Source of the DNA: Marsupella aquatica
Lineage: Eukaryota > Plantae > Marchantiophyta
Reading direction: 5' to 3'
Assembly: GCA_973895155.1 (NCBI GenBank)
Contig: OZ316898.1
Span: 9,039,079-9,103,078 of the forward strand
Length of the DNA: 64,000 nt
Of this stretch, positions 13,735 through 25,783 are shown piece by piece. Numbering within the stretch: the first letter of the stretch is position 1; every line of letters begins with the position of its first letter. The position numbers and the translations under genes are program-made. The notes beneath the pieces are model-generated. The model saw only the letters and a list, made by a program, of their open reading frames with translations. It ran no database searches and was not told the origin of the DNA.

Positions 13735-13822
13735 ATGCTTCATATACAATGAATGAAAGATTTGTATTCTTTTGTCTTCATATACAATGAATGCAAATTG
13801 TATTCTTTTGTCTTCATATACA
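13735..13822 (+). repeat. ~37-bp tandem repeat x2.3 downstream of the transposase stop
   Basis: cttcatatacaatgaatg...tgtattcttttgt repeated. Confidence 0.8.
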
Positions 13823-13896
13823 CCCAAACTTACTACATACTCTAAATATCCATCCAGAATTTATATCGTTCTAGTCACTCTAGAATTTACATGATT

Positions 13897-15378
13897 CTAC
13901 AACCTCAGCCTTCTTTGCACCTGCCTTGGGACTTCTGGCATCACTATAACCACTTCTGGCATTGCAGGAACCACTTCTGTCAATAGTAGATCTCGAGCCT
14001 CCTCCCCACCTTCAAATACCTCTCGTGCTGGAACTAGAACAACTCCATAGCCACGGGGGTGTGGAGGCACAACATCTCGAGCATTGAAGTGCTCTCCAAA
14101 CCGGATCATCAAATTGTGCAAAATACAACAGCAGAAAACCATAGGACCAACTCTGTTCACCCTGGGCTTCCACATAACTCTAGAAAGGATTCTCCAAGTA
14201 CCTTTCAACTGTCCAAATGCTCTTTCTACCACAATACGGGCTGATGAGTGCCTGTGATTCCATTCATCTTGGCGTACATCCAATCCCCTTGGATATGGCG
14301 TGATCAACCAATCAAAGAGTGGATAACCAGCATCAGCCAAGACATATTCTTTCAGGTCTTCCCCATTTGCACACCTGTACAATTGCCCTCTCAAATTGCG
14401 CCGCTGATACACAACCGATCTGTAAAATCCAGAGTTTCTTAGAAGTCTACTGTCTTGCACTGAACCAGGCCATCCAGTGCAAACATCAAGCAATCTCAAG
14501 TTGCAATCAACTATTGCTTGTGTGGTAATAGATATATTATGCTTCCAGTCATAATAGTCTTCACTACGTTCTCCAACAGGCAGCTCCAAGGGAAAGTGAG
14601 TTCCATCGAGTGCTCCACAGCAGTTGGGAAATCTTTTCTGTAAAAATCCTGCCTTCACTTGCTCCATCTCAAGAGCTGCTGGCCACCTAATTTCCTGTCT
14701 ACATCTAGAATTTATTGCTTTAATAAATTTCCATGTGCACTTGATGACAGTGCTAGTAGACACTCCAAAAAGTTCTCCAATACCAAGAATCTGATCTCCT
14801 GTACTTAACCTCCTCAATGCAATGGCAACTTGCCTTTGAACCAGTAGTTCACGATTGGGTAGGTCTCTCAATCCACGAGGAGGCCTGGTCACCATGTCAG
14901 CATGTACCATTGCACAAATGGTATAAAAAGTTGTAGGACTCATTCTGAAAAACTGTTTGAATCGTTCTGGGTCATCAATTGTTATAAATTCACTGTATAA
15001 ATCAAACCATGCAACGGTTCTTGGTTTTATGTACCAATGATTAAAGATTTCCCTGTGAAAAATCAGGTAGCTTTTAAGGATGTTGAGATAGCGCCAATGT
15101 ACAATTAAATTGTCCCCATCGTCTCTCCTTTTCCTGTTATGTATCAATACCTGCTCAAACATATCATTTGACCTGGGTTGATGCTGTTGGTTTAGTAAAA
15201 GTTGAATCAACACAGAGACCATTGCAACAGTCAAGGCCATTGTGGTACTGGCAAAGGCAGCAATACAATACAGATTGGAACTTGAACCTGCACCCCCCTC
15301 ACGTTGACCTGCAGAAGAATCTGATGTGCTTGAATGGTCGTCCACATCCATCTCAGCTGGAGCAACATTGGTGTCCAT
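13897..15378 (-). CDS. PIF/Harbinger DDE transposase (HARBI1/ALP1-like nuclease, DDE_Tnp_4)
   Basis: Motifs FRMS..TF, QVAIALRRL, FGVS.ST, GALDGTH (D), GWPGS..DSR, LADAGYP (D), VERAFGQLK (E), CCILHN. ORF is uninterrupted. A likely splice acceptor lies just upstream of the ATG. Confidence 0.95.
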   Translation of the reverse strand: MDTNVAPAEMDVDDHSSTSDSSAGQREGGAGSSSNLYCIAAFASTTMALTVAMVSVLIQLLLNQQHQPRSNDMFEQVLIHNRKRRDDGDNLIVHWRYLNILKSYLIFHREIFNHWYIKPRTVAWFDLYSEFITIDDPERFKQFFRMSPTTFYTICAMVHADMVTRPPRGLRDLPNRELLVQRQVAIALRRLSTGDQILGIGELFGVSTSTVIKCTWKFIKAINSRCRQEIRWPAALEMEQVKAGFLQKRFPNCCGALDGTHFPLELPVGERSEDYYDWKHNISITTQAIVDCNLRLLDVCTGWPGSVQDSRLLRNSGFYRSVVYQRRNLRGQLYRCANGEDLKEYVLADAGYPLFDWLITPYPRGLDVRQDEWNHRHSSARIVVERAFGQLKGTWRILSRVMWKPRVNRVGPMVFCCCILHNLMIRFGEHFNARDVVPPHPRGYGVVLVPAREVFEGGEEARDLLLTEVVPAMPEVVIVMPEVPRQVQRRLRL

Positions 15379-18300
15379 TTCTGACACAAGGAAAAAACAA
15401 TGGAAAAAAGATTAGAAACCACCTTCGACTGACTGAATTGTACTCTGCTGAGCGAAAACAAATTCAAACATTGCTCAGCAAATTACTTTGTCCTCCAGTA
15501 GGATCTCTCCAGTTTTGTACACCTCAAGATTTGCTTGCTTACATTATCGTGATTTACAATTCAGTGCATTTGTGTGATTGTGTAGCTGAAATATGTACAG
15601 AGGCAGAATCCACTGGAGGACTAAAATTTACACCAATCTTGCAGAGTCTTCTAACTTTTGCAATTATCTGTACCACATATCACAGCAGAGCAAGGGAGAC
15701 AATAAAAGTAATTGAGCGGAGAGGAAGCCCAGTGCACCTGAGTTCTAGTGTTCGAATTTAATTACTCAATGCAGCTTGCACTCTCATGTACTTATGGCAC
15801 GAGAGATCGGTCTCCAGTCATATACTGCACAAGAGAAGGACGATAGATTGGTCCCAGAAAGGCAGGCGGCCGGGTTGAATTAAGTCCAACAAAATGCTCC
15901 AATCAGAAAAAGCATTCTGCAGGGCTGCGACCTTCAACAGATTTCTTAAGGTCATTTGACTCCTGGATGCTGAGGACAATCTCCGGCCGCAGGTCAACAA
16001 CCTCTCTGATGTTTGACCATACGCCCCTCACTCGGAGCTCCTTTGTGCAGTTGAAATTCAAAGCAACTCGAGGGCTCCTCTCGCTCTAGTTTTTTCACCT
16101 AAGAAACTAAACTAGCAAATCCACCCGCCACCGAAGTAGTGACATAGAAAACCTTGCAAACAGAGCGAAGACGAGCAAGGATGAGTAACAAGAGCTCGAA
16201 AAGAGAACATCGTGTTCATCATCTCAGACTCATGCGACAGATGCTGCTGCGCCACAGTAGTCGCTCAATCCGGCCCAAGAGAGGGTGAGATGAATCCCGA
16301 GGACAATACAATAATAATAAATCAGGAGGGGCGCTTCCGGAAACGCAAATTGCTGCCGTCAATCACTGCGTGCGCCCGTGTGAGCATTCGAGATGGGCGA
16401 AGACTTTGAACGAAGGTGGAGATGGGGTGAAGCTCAGAGCACGGCCAAAAGCACTATTTGAGGGAAAGCGACAGTGATGGAAAAACGATGAAACACTCGG
16501 TGGGCCCCTCCCTCATCCCGCTTGCCCTGACTGCTCGACGACTTGGAGCTCTTTCATTTTATCAAAGGGGAGACTGTGGGTGTAAGCGGAGGAACCCCAT
16601 CCTCCCTATTCTGGTTGTGAGTGCACAATGGCATATCGAGCCCGATCGTCACACACCAGCGATGATGATCAGGACTTGCACTACAGCTCAGCAACAGAGA
16701 AGCTACAGGATTTGCGGAAGAAAGCAGCAGCAGGTGGAGGACATCGCGAGCTAAACTGAACACAATCGAGATCAACAACAATGCCAAAAAATTGCTCACG
16801 AAACCTCAAAAACCCCATAAACCTCAAAAACCTGAAGTCTGTGAGGGGAACGAAGAGCAATGTCGCGAAATGTGAGAAGTTGACAGTGACTCCAAGTCAC
16901 CGTCCTATTGAGCCGGTGTACCGTCACCTTAAAATCAACTTTTTGGGGGTGAGGAGTGCCGATGGAACCGCGGAGGATAAAAGGACTGGGATCGCCGAGC
17001 AGGGGGTGTCCGGGAGGGGGTATCGTATGCCCGAGGGCGAATGGAACACAATTCTAAGGCTCAGAAGATTGGATTAGAGCACCCCCACCCATCACAGGGA
17101 ATGCCTGGTTGGGACAATCTTTGCTATGACCTCCTTGCAAAATGTGTTTTGCATGGCACACTGTCTCTTGCCATTCTAAAAACCGAGATCCTGGCTCTCC
17201 AGATGATGCTTCCTGCCAGCCACTACTGGCAAGTTTGAGGTAGCACTAGTGTTTCCTCTAGAGTCTCGCCAAACTAACCTGATGGTGCCATTGCTGGAGA
17301 TCTGGATGGCCATCGTAGCACCCAAAATGGCAGCACTTGTGGTGGAGTGTCAAATAGCATCAACTGGTGGGGCTGTTCTCCTGGTATTCAACACCTTCTC
17401 CAACTTCACCTGCCAGAAAACTCATCATTCACCCAAATAGTGAGCGGTGAAAGGTTAACAGGTGGGGATGCTCGTAGCGAGTAAAACACAGGACCATATC
17501 AAATCATTGCTAGCTGGTTGTCCATTGGCCAGGCTACTTCCCACCCTTTCATTTTGATTCATTAAGCAGTATACCCTTAACTTATTATAGGTAACAAAGT
17601 GCTCATTTCAAAGTGGACGGTGTTAGAATCTACCTGAAATAGAACATGGAATCTCAAGTCTTCCAACCCATTTTAACATTTCATTTTTTGCCAATTGTGG
17701 CATGGTCACCTGGTTTAAAGGAGAAGATCTTAGGAAGATTCCTGATCTAGCTCACGGAGATTACTTAATGCCCGTCAGATCTCCATAGATTTAAGGATGA
17801 CTGTTAGATTCTTGCTAATGGGTTCTGTGATGAGGTCGGAAACTGGCTAATGGAAGACTTGAAACGTAACTAATTTTGGCCAAAAGTGACGAAGGCTTTT
17901 TCGAGAGGTGGAATCTAGCCCCAAACCCCCTTTTCGTGCTTCAAGTAGATAATATAAGTATCTTCGGGACGTACCCTCGGTAATAATATGTGGGCTGGAA
18001 TCCCCCAAACAATGCCACCATTGCAGGCATAAACCTTATTATATCATTATATAAATCACATATTGACACAGAATCTTGTGTGATGAGCGGCCACATGACT
18101 CCTAGTGAAGGATGACAAGTTGAAAACATAGAGATATTTACGGGCTTTTCAGTCAAGGCTTTAGTTTGTTAGCAGTTGGGGACTCTCTGGCCTTTTGGCT
18201 TTTCAGCTCTCTGGTTTTCTTGAGGTTTTTTTTCTTTCATTCCCTCCTTTATTGGGTCTCTTGCCTTTGGGATAGTGTCGTCCTGTATGGCCCTTTTTGT

Positions 18301-18499
18301 TCTTTGGTAGCGTTGTATGTATAGATATCTGTACTATAGCACCAAATAAGGGCCCAAACTCACAATCAAACCACACTCAAATGATTGGGAAAAGCAATTC
18401 CAACAACCTTAGACACTTATAAGCAACTCAAAGCATTTTTTCATTTTATTTTTTGAAATAAAGTTTATTCCAGTGAACCCCACACATGGGTCCACACAT

Positions 18500-19265
18500 G
18501 GGGGGACACCAACAGGCCCACTATGGCAAGTCAGCATCAGAAGCCAGAAAGAAACAACATAAAGAGTTTGGGTACCATGGACTCATTGCCCCACAGAGAA
18601 GTTCAACTCCATGTAAAATTTTATTCAAAGGTTTTCCCTCACTCAAGCCGTTTAGCCAGTTGCACAACATTTCTGCTGGGGTTTGGTTCCCCTTGCGCCA
18701 GTAAATAAATGATCCATATACTTCTTTTGGTATATTAAGCCCTACATTTTTTGGACAGATGATGGTTTTCTTAAGCAGGTTCAAAAGTGGGCTCCCAGCA
18801 GTGCAATGTACAGCACTCTCGCGAAACGAAGACAGGTGCACTTTACATCTCCTGGTGTCTGGAAAGCAACATCTCCCAATTTTGCAGGAGTGTTGTATCC
18901 TTCCAAGCATTTGGGCTTGCCCTGCTGATAATCACACATCAAAATGTGGTAATTTAGGATGTGCATTGATTGATTTTAAAAAAATAACAAGGTTTATCAT
19001 GGTATGGAGGAATGTAGTATGCCACATGTGTCATATTTTAATGTGCAGTTAGCAGGACCTGATGGTACTAACATCAGCAAGGAAGGACATTGATGAGTAG
19101 CTCCTGCCCAGGCACTTGCAAACAACAAGAATGAGCTCTACAGTAGATACCATGATTTGGAGGGCTCTGTAAGATTGGAGGGTCACGGTCCAAAGAACAA
19201 GGTTGTCGCTTTGCTGCATCTCTGATATGAAGATTTCATCAAGGAGGTGGAGAAATGCGTTCATT
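18500..19265 (-). mobile_element. Possible degraded L1-type LINE 3' fragment (zf-RVT-like)
   Basis: Minus-strand translation CKVHLSSFRESAVHC resembles the C..C...ES..H...C pattern; highly decayed. Confidence 0.3.
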
Positions 19266-19280
19266 TTGCAACATGGATAT

Positions 19281-19425
19281 GAGGGATATTACTCCCCACA
19301 GCCTAAACCCTAGACACTTCCTTGACAAGAGGGATATTACTCCCCAGAACCTAAAACCTAAACCCTAGACCCTTCCTCGACAAGAGGGATATTACTTTCC
19401 AGAGCCTAAACCCTAGACCCTTCCT
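19281..19425 (+). repeat. ~48-54 bp tandem repeat x3 containing telobox-like CCTAAACCCTAG
   Basis: gagggatattact...cctaaaccctagac.cttcc repeated three times. Confidence 0.85.
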
Positions 19426-22153
19426 TCAAGTGGCTTATTCTCCAAGGTCGTGGACCGTGTCACATCTGTAGCAGATCCCAAGACCACTAGTCTAGTCATT
19501 TTGAACTCACATATCTCATACCTTCTAACAACAATCAATGACTAGTGATCTCTTTGAGAAATAGAAATTAGTTCTCCTTACGAAAACATGGGTGACAGTG
19601 TGTTTTTGCACGGAAGCTTCTGCAGCGGACATGCACTCCATTTCCCCATGGAGGAGTCAAATCAATAGTTGGAACCAAAGTAGGAGGGTATATATCTCCC
19701 TTCATTCATCCATTGTCCATCAATCACTTCGGCGAAATTTGCAAAATAATTGACAATTGTGATCCATTTCAAAGGAAGCGGAGCTCAAACTTTGTACATG
19801 ACGGTGAGGGACAAGCAAGCACTTTCTCCTGTAGATCTTTAGCCCATTGTTTGTAAGTCTCTTGTGTAAATAGGGTGAAGGCGTACTTTGGCGGAGACTG
19901 ATCGCAGTACCAGGCCAGGTATACCATGGCGGAAAGGAAGACCCACTGACCTAGTACAGTCCACCATGACTGACATTGTCAATTGTACAGTACCAGCAGT
20001 TTGCGTTACATGATCCGGTCAGAATTATCCAATCCTGGACAACTTCGATCATTATAGGAATGATGTCAAAGAAAATCATCATTTTGTCCTTCCAACATTG
20101 AATCTAACTACCAGAAACAAGATATTCTCCATGAGAATTCACTCGTAGAACGTAACTCCTAGATCAACCTTCTTCACTCGCCACTCCGTGACTCAAAACA
20201 ATCTGCAATCGGCAAGGCTCCCAGATCAACCCTTGTCACTCTGGTTGGGCCAGTGATTTTCTGTCGGTTGGCAGTGGACGCGGCTCATACATCAGAAGCA
20301 GATCTTACTGACTTGTAAAGTCAAGCCTGACGATGGAATGGCACTCCGTGTCGGGGATCCTACCAAGTGACACGAGCAGATTGATGAGATTAAAAAAATG
20401 GCTTTTGCTGATAGATATACCCCTACTTCGACAACAAATGTCTATGCTCTGCTCGCTGTACCCTTGCTAAAACAGAGCTGCCCGGAAGCGGTAAGAGGTT
20501 GTTGCGGCACCACCCTGCGACCCCATGATCTAGCATGCGCTGGTGCCGTTGAGGCTTCCAGATCTCGTGCCGCTGCTGGTTCTGCTTCTAGGCTTGCGAT
20601 TGTACTGTACTTACCACAAATAAGTGACCGAATATAACGAGAGCGTGGGATTGGCCAAATGGGTGACGGCAGTATGGGGGGAAAGTCTGAGAGGCGAGCA
20701 AAGATTAGCTAAGGAGAGTCATCAACCGGACAACAACACGATCAGCCACTCAGGTAGCAAGCCTGTGAGTAGCTGGACTGGAGGACGAGGACGGCTCAAG
20801 CATCTGTTTGCGTTTCGTTGTGCCGCCGCCTGTGAACACCAATCGTCTCAGACGTTACATAATAGGCCAACCACTAGAGAGTTCCGAGGAACGATGAGAG
20901 TACGAAGATCCGAATCAAAGGCTGCCTAGTGTTTTGCCAAAGAATTTCAGCTCCACACCAAGGCATTAATTGTTTGTCCTATCAGGACTTCTGAAACTGG
21001 CTGATGAGCGGACTTTCCTACTCGAAGCTGTGCGCAACGGCCAAATATTGTTTGGTGAGTAGATAACACAACCAACAATTGGCTATGTCTCTAGCAACTG
21101 CTCAAACCTTGAATCGCACAATCAACAATTAAGACAACCGCACTGCAGTTGGTCCTTGCGACTGATTCTTGGATATAGCAGTTCTATTTTCTGTCAAGAT
21201 TCGCAAGGTACTTACAATATTCAGCCGTAAACTACTCCGAACGAGAAATTAAAACAGTTCGATTAGGTGACGAAATCATACAACATTCTTCCAGACTATA
21301 TAGACCTTGTAACCTTTGTGTCGTGTCCAGTACATGGTGATACGAGTAGCTGCGGATCCCACTTATGAGAGCATGCGACATCTCATATACAATTTTCAAA
21401 GATTCACCAAAACAGAAGACGTCCTCACGTTCCATAAACGAGAACAGAAAATGGATCGACACAGACTATTTGGTGTGGAGATCTGACAGAATAGATAGGA
21501 CCAAAATCTGTATTGAAAAGGAATCTTAGGCATCCTATTACCGGATAAAACCGTGATTTTGTAAACCAAGGAGTGTGAAAACAAAATGGTTTTACATAGA
21601 AATGTCCATAACTCGTATTTAACATCGAAGGCCGACGTCGGCCCCGTTTGGAAAGCTCACAATCCACATGCAGGGGGAGAAGGAGAGGAACTTCCAACTT
21701 CAACGAGGAAATTCACACAATGATGTCATGAGAAAAAAGTTAATTTATGAATCTTTGATTCTACAAGGATTTCTTTACTGCAATCATAGATTGCGAGCAG
21801 CAAGTTTGAACAAGGAAAAGTCAAACAGATACAAATTGATCATTTTTGGTGCAATCCTTGTTCTTGCTAATCTTTGAACAGATCTTTGCAGACAACGAGC
21901 AAAGAAAATCTAGGGCTTCCCCGATGCTGCAGAGCTTCACTCATATCCACAAGGTTTAAAATGCACATGAGGTACATTGTGCCAGATGTATACATCACCC
22001 ACTCAGGACAACACTATGAATCCACACCGATGTACTCAAGATGAACATCTGAAAGGTTGGTAGTTGCCACGAGGACTTCAAATTCTGGACTGATTACCCT
22101 TGCCGCTGAATATGTGTTATGGCACTCGTAGCGCCGGACCACAACCACTGCAT

Positions 22154-25100
22154 TTAGTTCACGAAAGACTTCAAGATATTCTTCCTGAGTATAAACTCAT
22201 CGACTTTGTTCGGGTTAACAGCCTGCAAAGCAATTAGGACAATTAGCAATTCATTAGCAGCAGTAAATGCAATTGCAGTGGTAGTACACAAGCATGAAGA
22301 CGTACAGTTTATCCACTTCAGAAAAAAACATACCCCACTAAGAATCCGCTCCAGTCGATCAACCTCCTTCTTGGCATATGCATCACCTTTCTCAAGGACA
22401 CTTTTGAATGATTTCAGATAGGTCTTCGCATAACTGGTACCAAGAAAACCATTGCAGGTTCCATCAGCACGAAAGCTAGAATCAATACACTTCAGAGAAC
22501 TACTAGAAAATGCCTTCGACAGTAAATGACATTGTTAATTGCAATTTGCAATTGCAATTGATATTACAATATAGAAGCGATAGAATATGGGTGTCAATGG
22601 TGGAATCCCAAACCTTGCAGCAGAACCTCCCAAGGTCGATGCAACTTCTTCGGCCTTGGTAATCAACGTCTTCTTCTCTTCTGCACTAGCTAACAAAAAT
22701 TCCTTCACAAGTTCGTCGAGTTCCTCGACCAAACCCGCCTGGAAACACACGACCAGCCCAATTTAGAACCTTCTTTTCCAAATACTACAGGCAAAATTTC
22801 AGGATGACCATTTGCTCATGTGTCTCATGTGACCTTCCCAAAGTATCGCACAATACAAGCCCACACATAGCGATGCCACTGACTTACCTCATCAGTAAGC
22901 TGTCCAGAACTTGATCGGTGGGTGCCTGAATTCTCATTAATGTACTCCACAAAGTCACCCAAACCGCGGTCCGCATCATAATCCACCCCCTCCTTGTTAT
23001 TCTTGGGGAAAAATTTAATGGTGGGGAACCCACTCACGCCAAATCTAAGCCAGGAAAAGGAGTCATCATCGGTTCAAAGATTCCAATGACTATCAAAGGA
23101 GACTCCGAACTAACAACAACAGCAACAAAAACCTTCACGATTTGGCGATCAGAATATAATCTGCATTTTGATTCAGTCTACAACTTCACAATATTCTGAT
23201 TTACGATTACAACGCTACTCTTCTTTTCTCCGAGGACAGATTGCATCTATACCACGGACTTGTTATTTTTAAGGCCACTCTTCCTGACAGGCTTAGGTTC
23301 AATGCATCGATGCTTATAATTGGGCATGGACTGCGTACTGTGAGATATCCAGAACGGTAAAGGAAGTAAGCTTAGAGAAATATCCAAGAGGTTGTGGGGA
23401 CGGAACATACCTTTCACCTAGATCTTTGTGTGCGTCGGCGTCAACCTTCGCAATAACAACATCCTTTTCTTTCTTGAAAGCACTGGCAACTTGCTCGTAT
23501 ACCTGTCCATGGGAAGCAAGAAATCCCACATCAAGATCTCCAAGAAGGCACTAGTGTAGAACAATTTCTCTACAGAGAGAAGCTAAAAACGTGGCAGCGG
23601 GTTTCTCTTGGAAAATGAGACTACCGGTAGTGAAACGCATTACTCGCCCGTGTATGCGATGCAAAAGTGGGAAAAAGCTGTGCCAGGCGGATGAAAACCT
23701 ACCGGAGCAAGGCTCTTGCAATGGCCGCACCTGCATAGATGACCCGTTTTGTCAAAATTGACGCAGATGTGCATCAAAGCCTATAACTTTCCTACTAAGC
23801 ACTTTCATGCTTGGTGACAACCAAGGTAACTGAATATACTATCCCAACACTACACAATTTGAGGAGCAAAGGTTGAGATCGACGCAGGCCGGGAAACTAA
23901 CATGTGCAGAACTCCAAAAGAAAACTTTCATGATAAGTAATTACAGCTACACTACAAGACCATGTCTGTGGTACTAACATCCGAACAAAAGCTCACCGAT
24001 TAATTTGAGAAGTAGAAGCTGTTTGAATGTACATACCAGGGAGCATAAAATTCAACTAGCACATCCTTTGTGTCGTCCAAAACAACAGAATCAAAGTTTG
24101 CGGGAGTCAGCACCACAACTTCAGACGGTGGTGTATGAGCCTTGGCACGGGTACCTGCGTGCAAGGAGTCCCAAAGCAACATTAAAAATGAGCAGATAGA
24201 AAATTTGCATTTCAAGTTATCATATAAAAACTGTTCCGGTTTCAAGTGTATCAGAATTGCGCGAACTGATGCACACATGAATAAAGAGTGACGTTTGGGC
24301 AAATGATCCAGTCCAAAACCCTTACGAATCTGGATACGAGAGAGGAAACCAAATCATCTTTTGAGAAAAGCGCATACATAGCAGTCCCTCCAGAAGTACT
24401 ATAATGCTGCAAGCTTCCAATTCGGATCAGACAAATTGCATCGACCACAGAATGGATAGAAGAAACTCGCAATGCCACCAGAAGTCATTGTACCTGCTTC
24501 CTCGTTGACATACTCAGCAAGAGCTTCCGCAGTTCGACCCCCAGAATAGCTGAAATTGCCAACAATGAGCAAAGTTTCAGCTAGTTTCAAATCCAAGCGA
24601 ATTGGTCCGAGGCAGGGCTTTCTCGTGCAACTCCAATTCCTCACCCAATTACCATGAGAACATGACTACGTGTAGGACTGATCTAAAATGCTGTGAAAAT
24701 CAGCTACCGCAGACGTAATAGCACGGCTGACTTTTAGATGCAACAAGGCAAGGCACGTACTCTTTAGGTTCCAAAGACCACTTAGGAAACCATTTAATGG
24801 TCGGAAACCCACCAACACCATACTTCGAACAAAGGGGTTTATGCTCGTCACAGTCAACCTAATATCACCCAAGAGAAAGCTCGTCAATCAACAACAGGAC
24901 GTGCTCCAGGCAATCGTCTGTACTAACCGTCATTCTAATTAGAGCTCAAAGTCAACGTTCACAGTTTCATATCTTGTAATAACATCGGCGACAGAACCCC
25001 TGTTGTTGAATATTAACAACAATATGGGAAATCAAACTGCATTGGGAGTGATGGGTGCGAGCCAAGAAACTAACCTTGGCAATTAAAACATTCTTCGTTT

Positions 25101-25783
25101 TCTTGAACGTCCCGGCAAGCTTCTCGTACTCGGGAGCTAGCTTCTTGCAGTGACCACACCTGCAAGAGTCGAGAACCTTGTCACACTCAAAAACAGTAAC
25201 GCGACAGATCTTTTCGACTATCTCCACCTTCAAGTTCTATATATACTCGTGGCACTCCTGACAGCACGGAACCTGGTCCGAAAATTCACCAGCATTGACC
25301 AACAACAAAGTGCTGCCTCACATTGCAGAGGAACAGGGCAAGGAGAGCGCTTCTGCAAGGGCATCCAAACCGACTCAACTTCCTGCCTTACACTACCTCT
25401 AGCACGTCAATCGGCAGCGCCTCGAGCAAAAAACAAACACAACAACTTAACCTAAATGTAAGACCTTCTGTCAAACCACCCAACCATCATCCGAAACAGA
25501 CAAAAGTCAAGCACGTGCAAGGCTCAAGAATCAATCGGGCTTCGCGCTCTTTGAAAGGGAGCGCTGGAACAGATCCCACATTTGTTTTGCATTTGTTTCT
25601 TCCAGTGTCCACTCACCATGGAGCGTAAAACTCCACCAGTGCGCCTTTATCCTGGCCAACCTCCTTCTCAAATGTGTCGGTAGTCAGTACCACCACATCC
25701 TCACCTCGAACTCCTCTCACATCGATAGAACACGCCAGCAGCACCACTAACGCCGCACACACTATCATCCATCTCCGATCCAT
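22154..25783 (-). CDS. PDIL2-1: Protein disulfide isomerase, PDIL2-1 type (a-a'-ERp29c). 11 exons: 25783-25617, 25159-25075, 24858-24761, 24549-24494, 24154-24037, 23730-23703, 23502-23411, 23044-22888, 22738-22614, 22433-22334, 22222-22154
   Basis: Signal peptide [18 protein letters not shown]. Two FYAPWCGHCK thioredoxin sites, each split by an intron. G.GFPTIK.FPK motifs. C-terminal ERp29-like helical domain ending [10 protein letters not shown] with no KDEL. All introns GT-AG with consistent phases. Confidence 0.95.

Larger units (their letters stand above)
10477..17054. mobile_element. Full-length PIF/Harbinger DNA transposon (~6.6 kb)
   Basis: TIRs GGGCTGTGTTCCATTCACCCTC (10477) and reverse-complement GAATTGTGTTCCATTCGCCCTC (17033-17054), 18/22 identical. 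TAA TSD at 10474-10476 and 17055-17057. Encodes convergent Myb/trihelix ORF1 and DDE transposase. Confidence 0.93.

Noticed and set aside
15168-15761. 197-aa plus-strand ORF antisense to the transposase start
   Set aside because: No recognisable motifs; it overlaps the transposase and its probable 5' intron.
20398-20929. GC-richer stretch with short ORFs downstream of PDI
   Set aside because: I could not build a consistent spliced model or recognise a domain.
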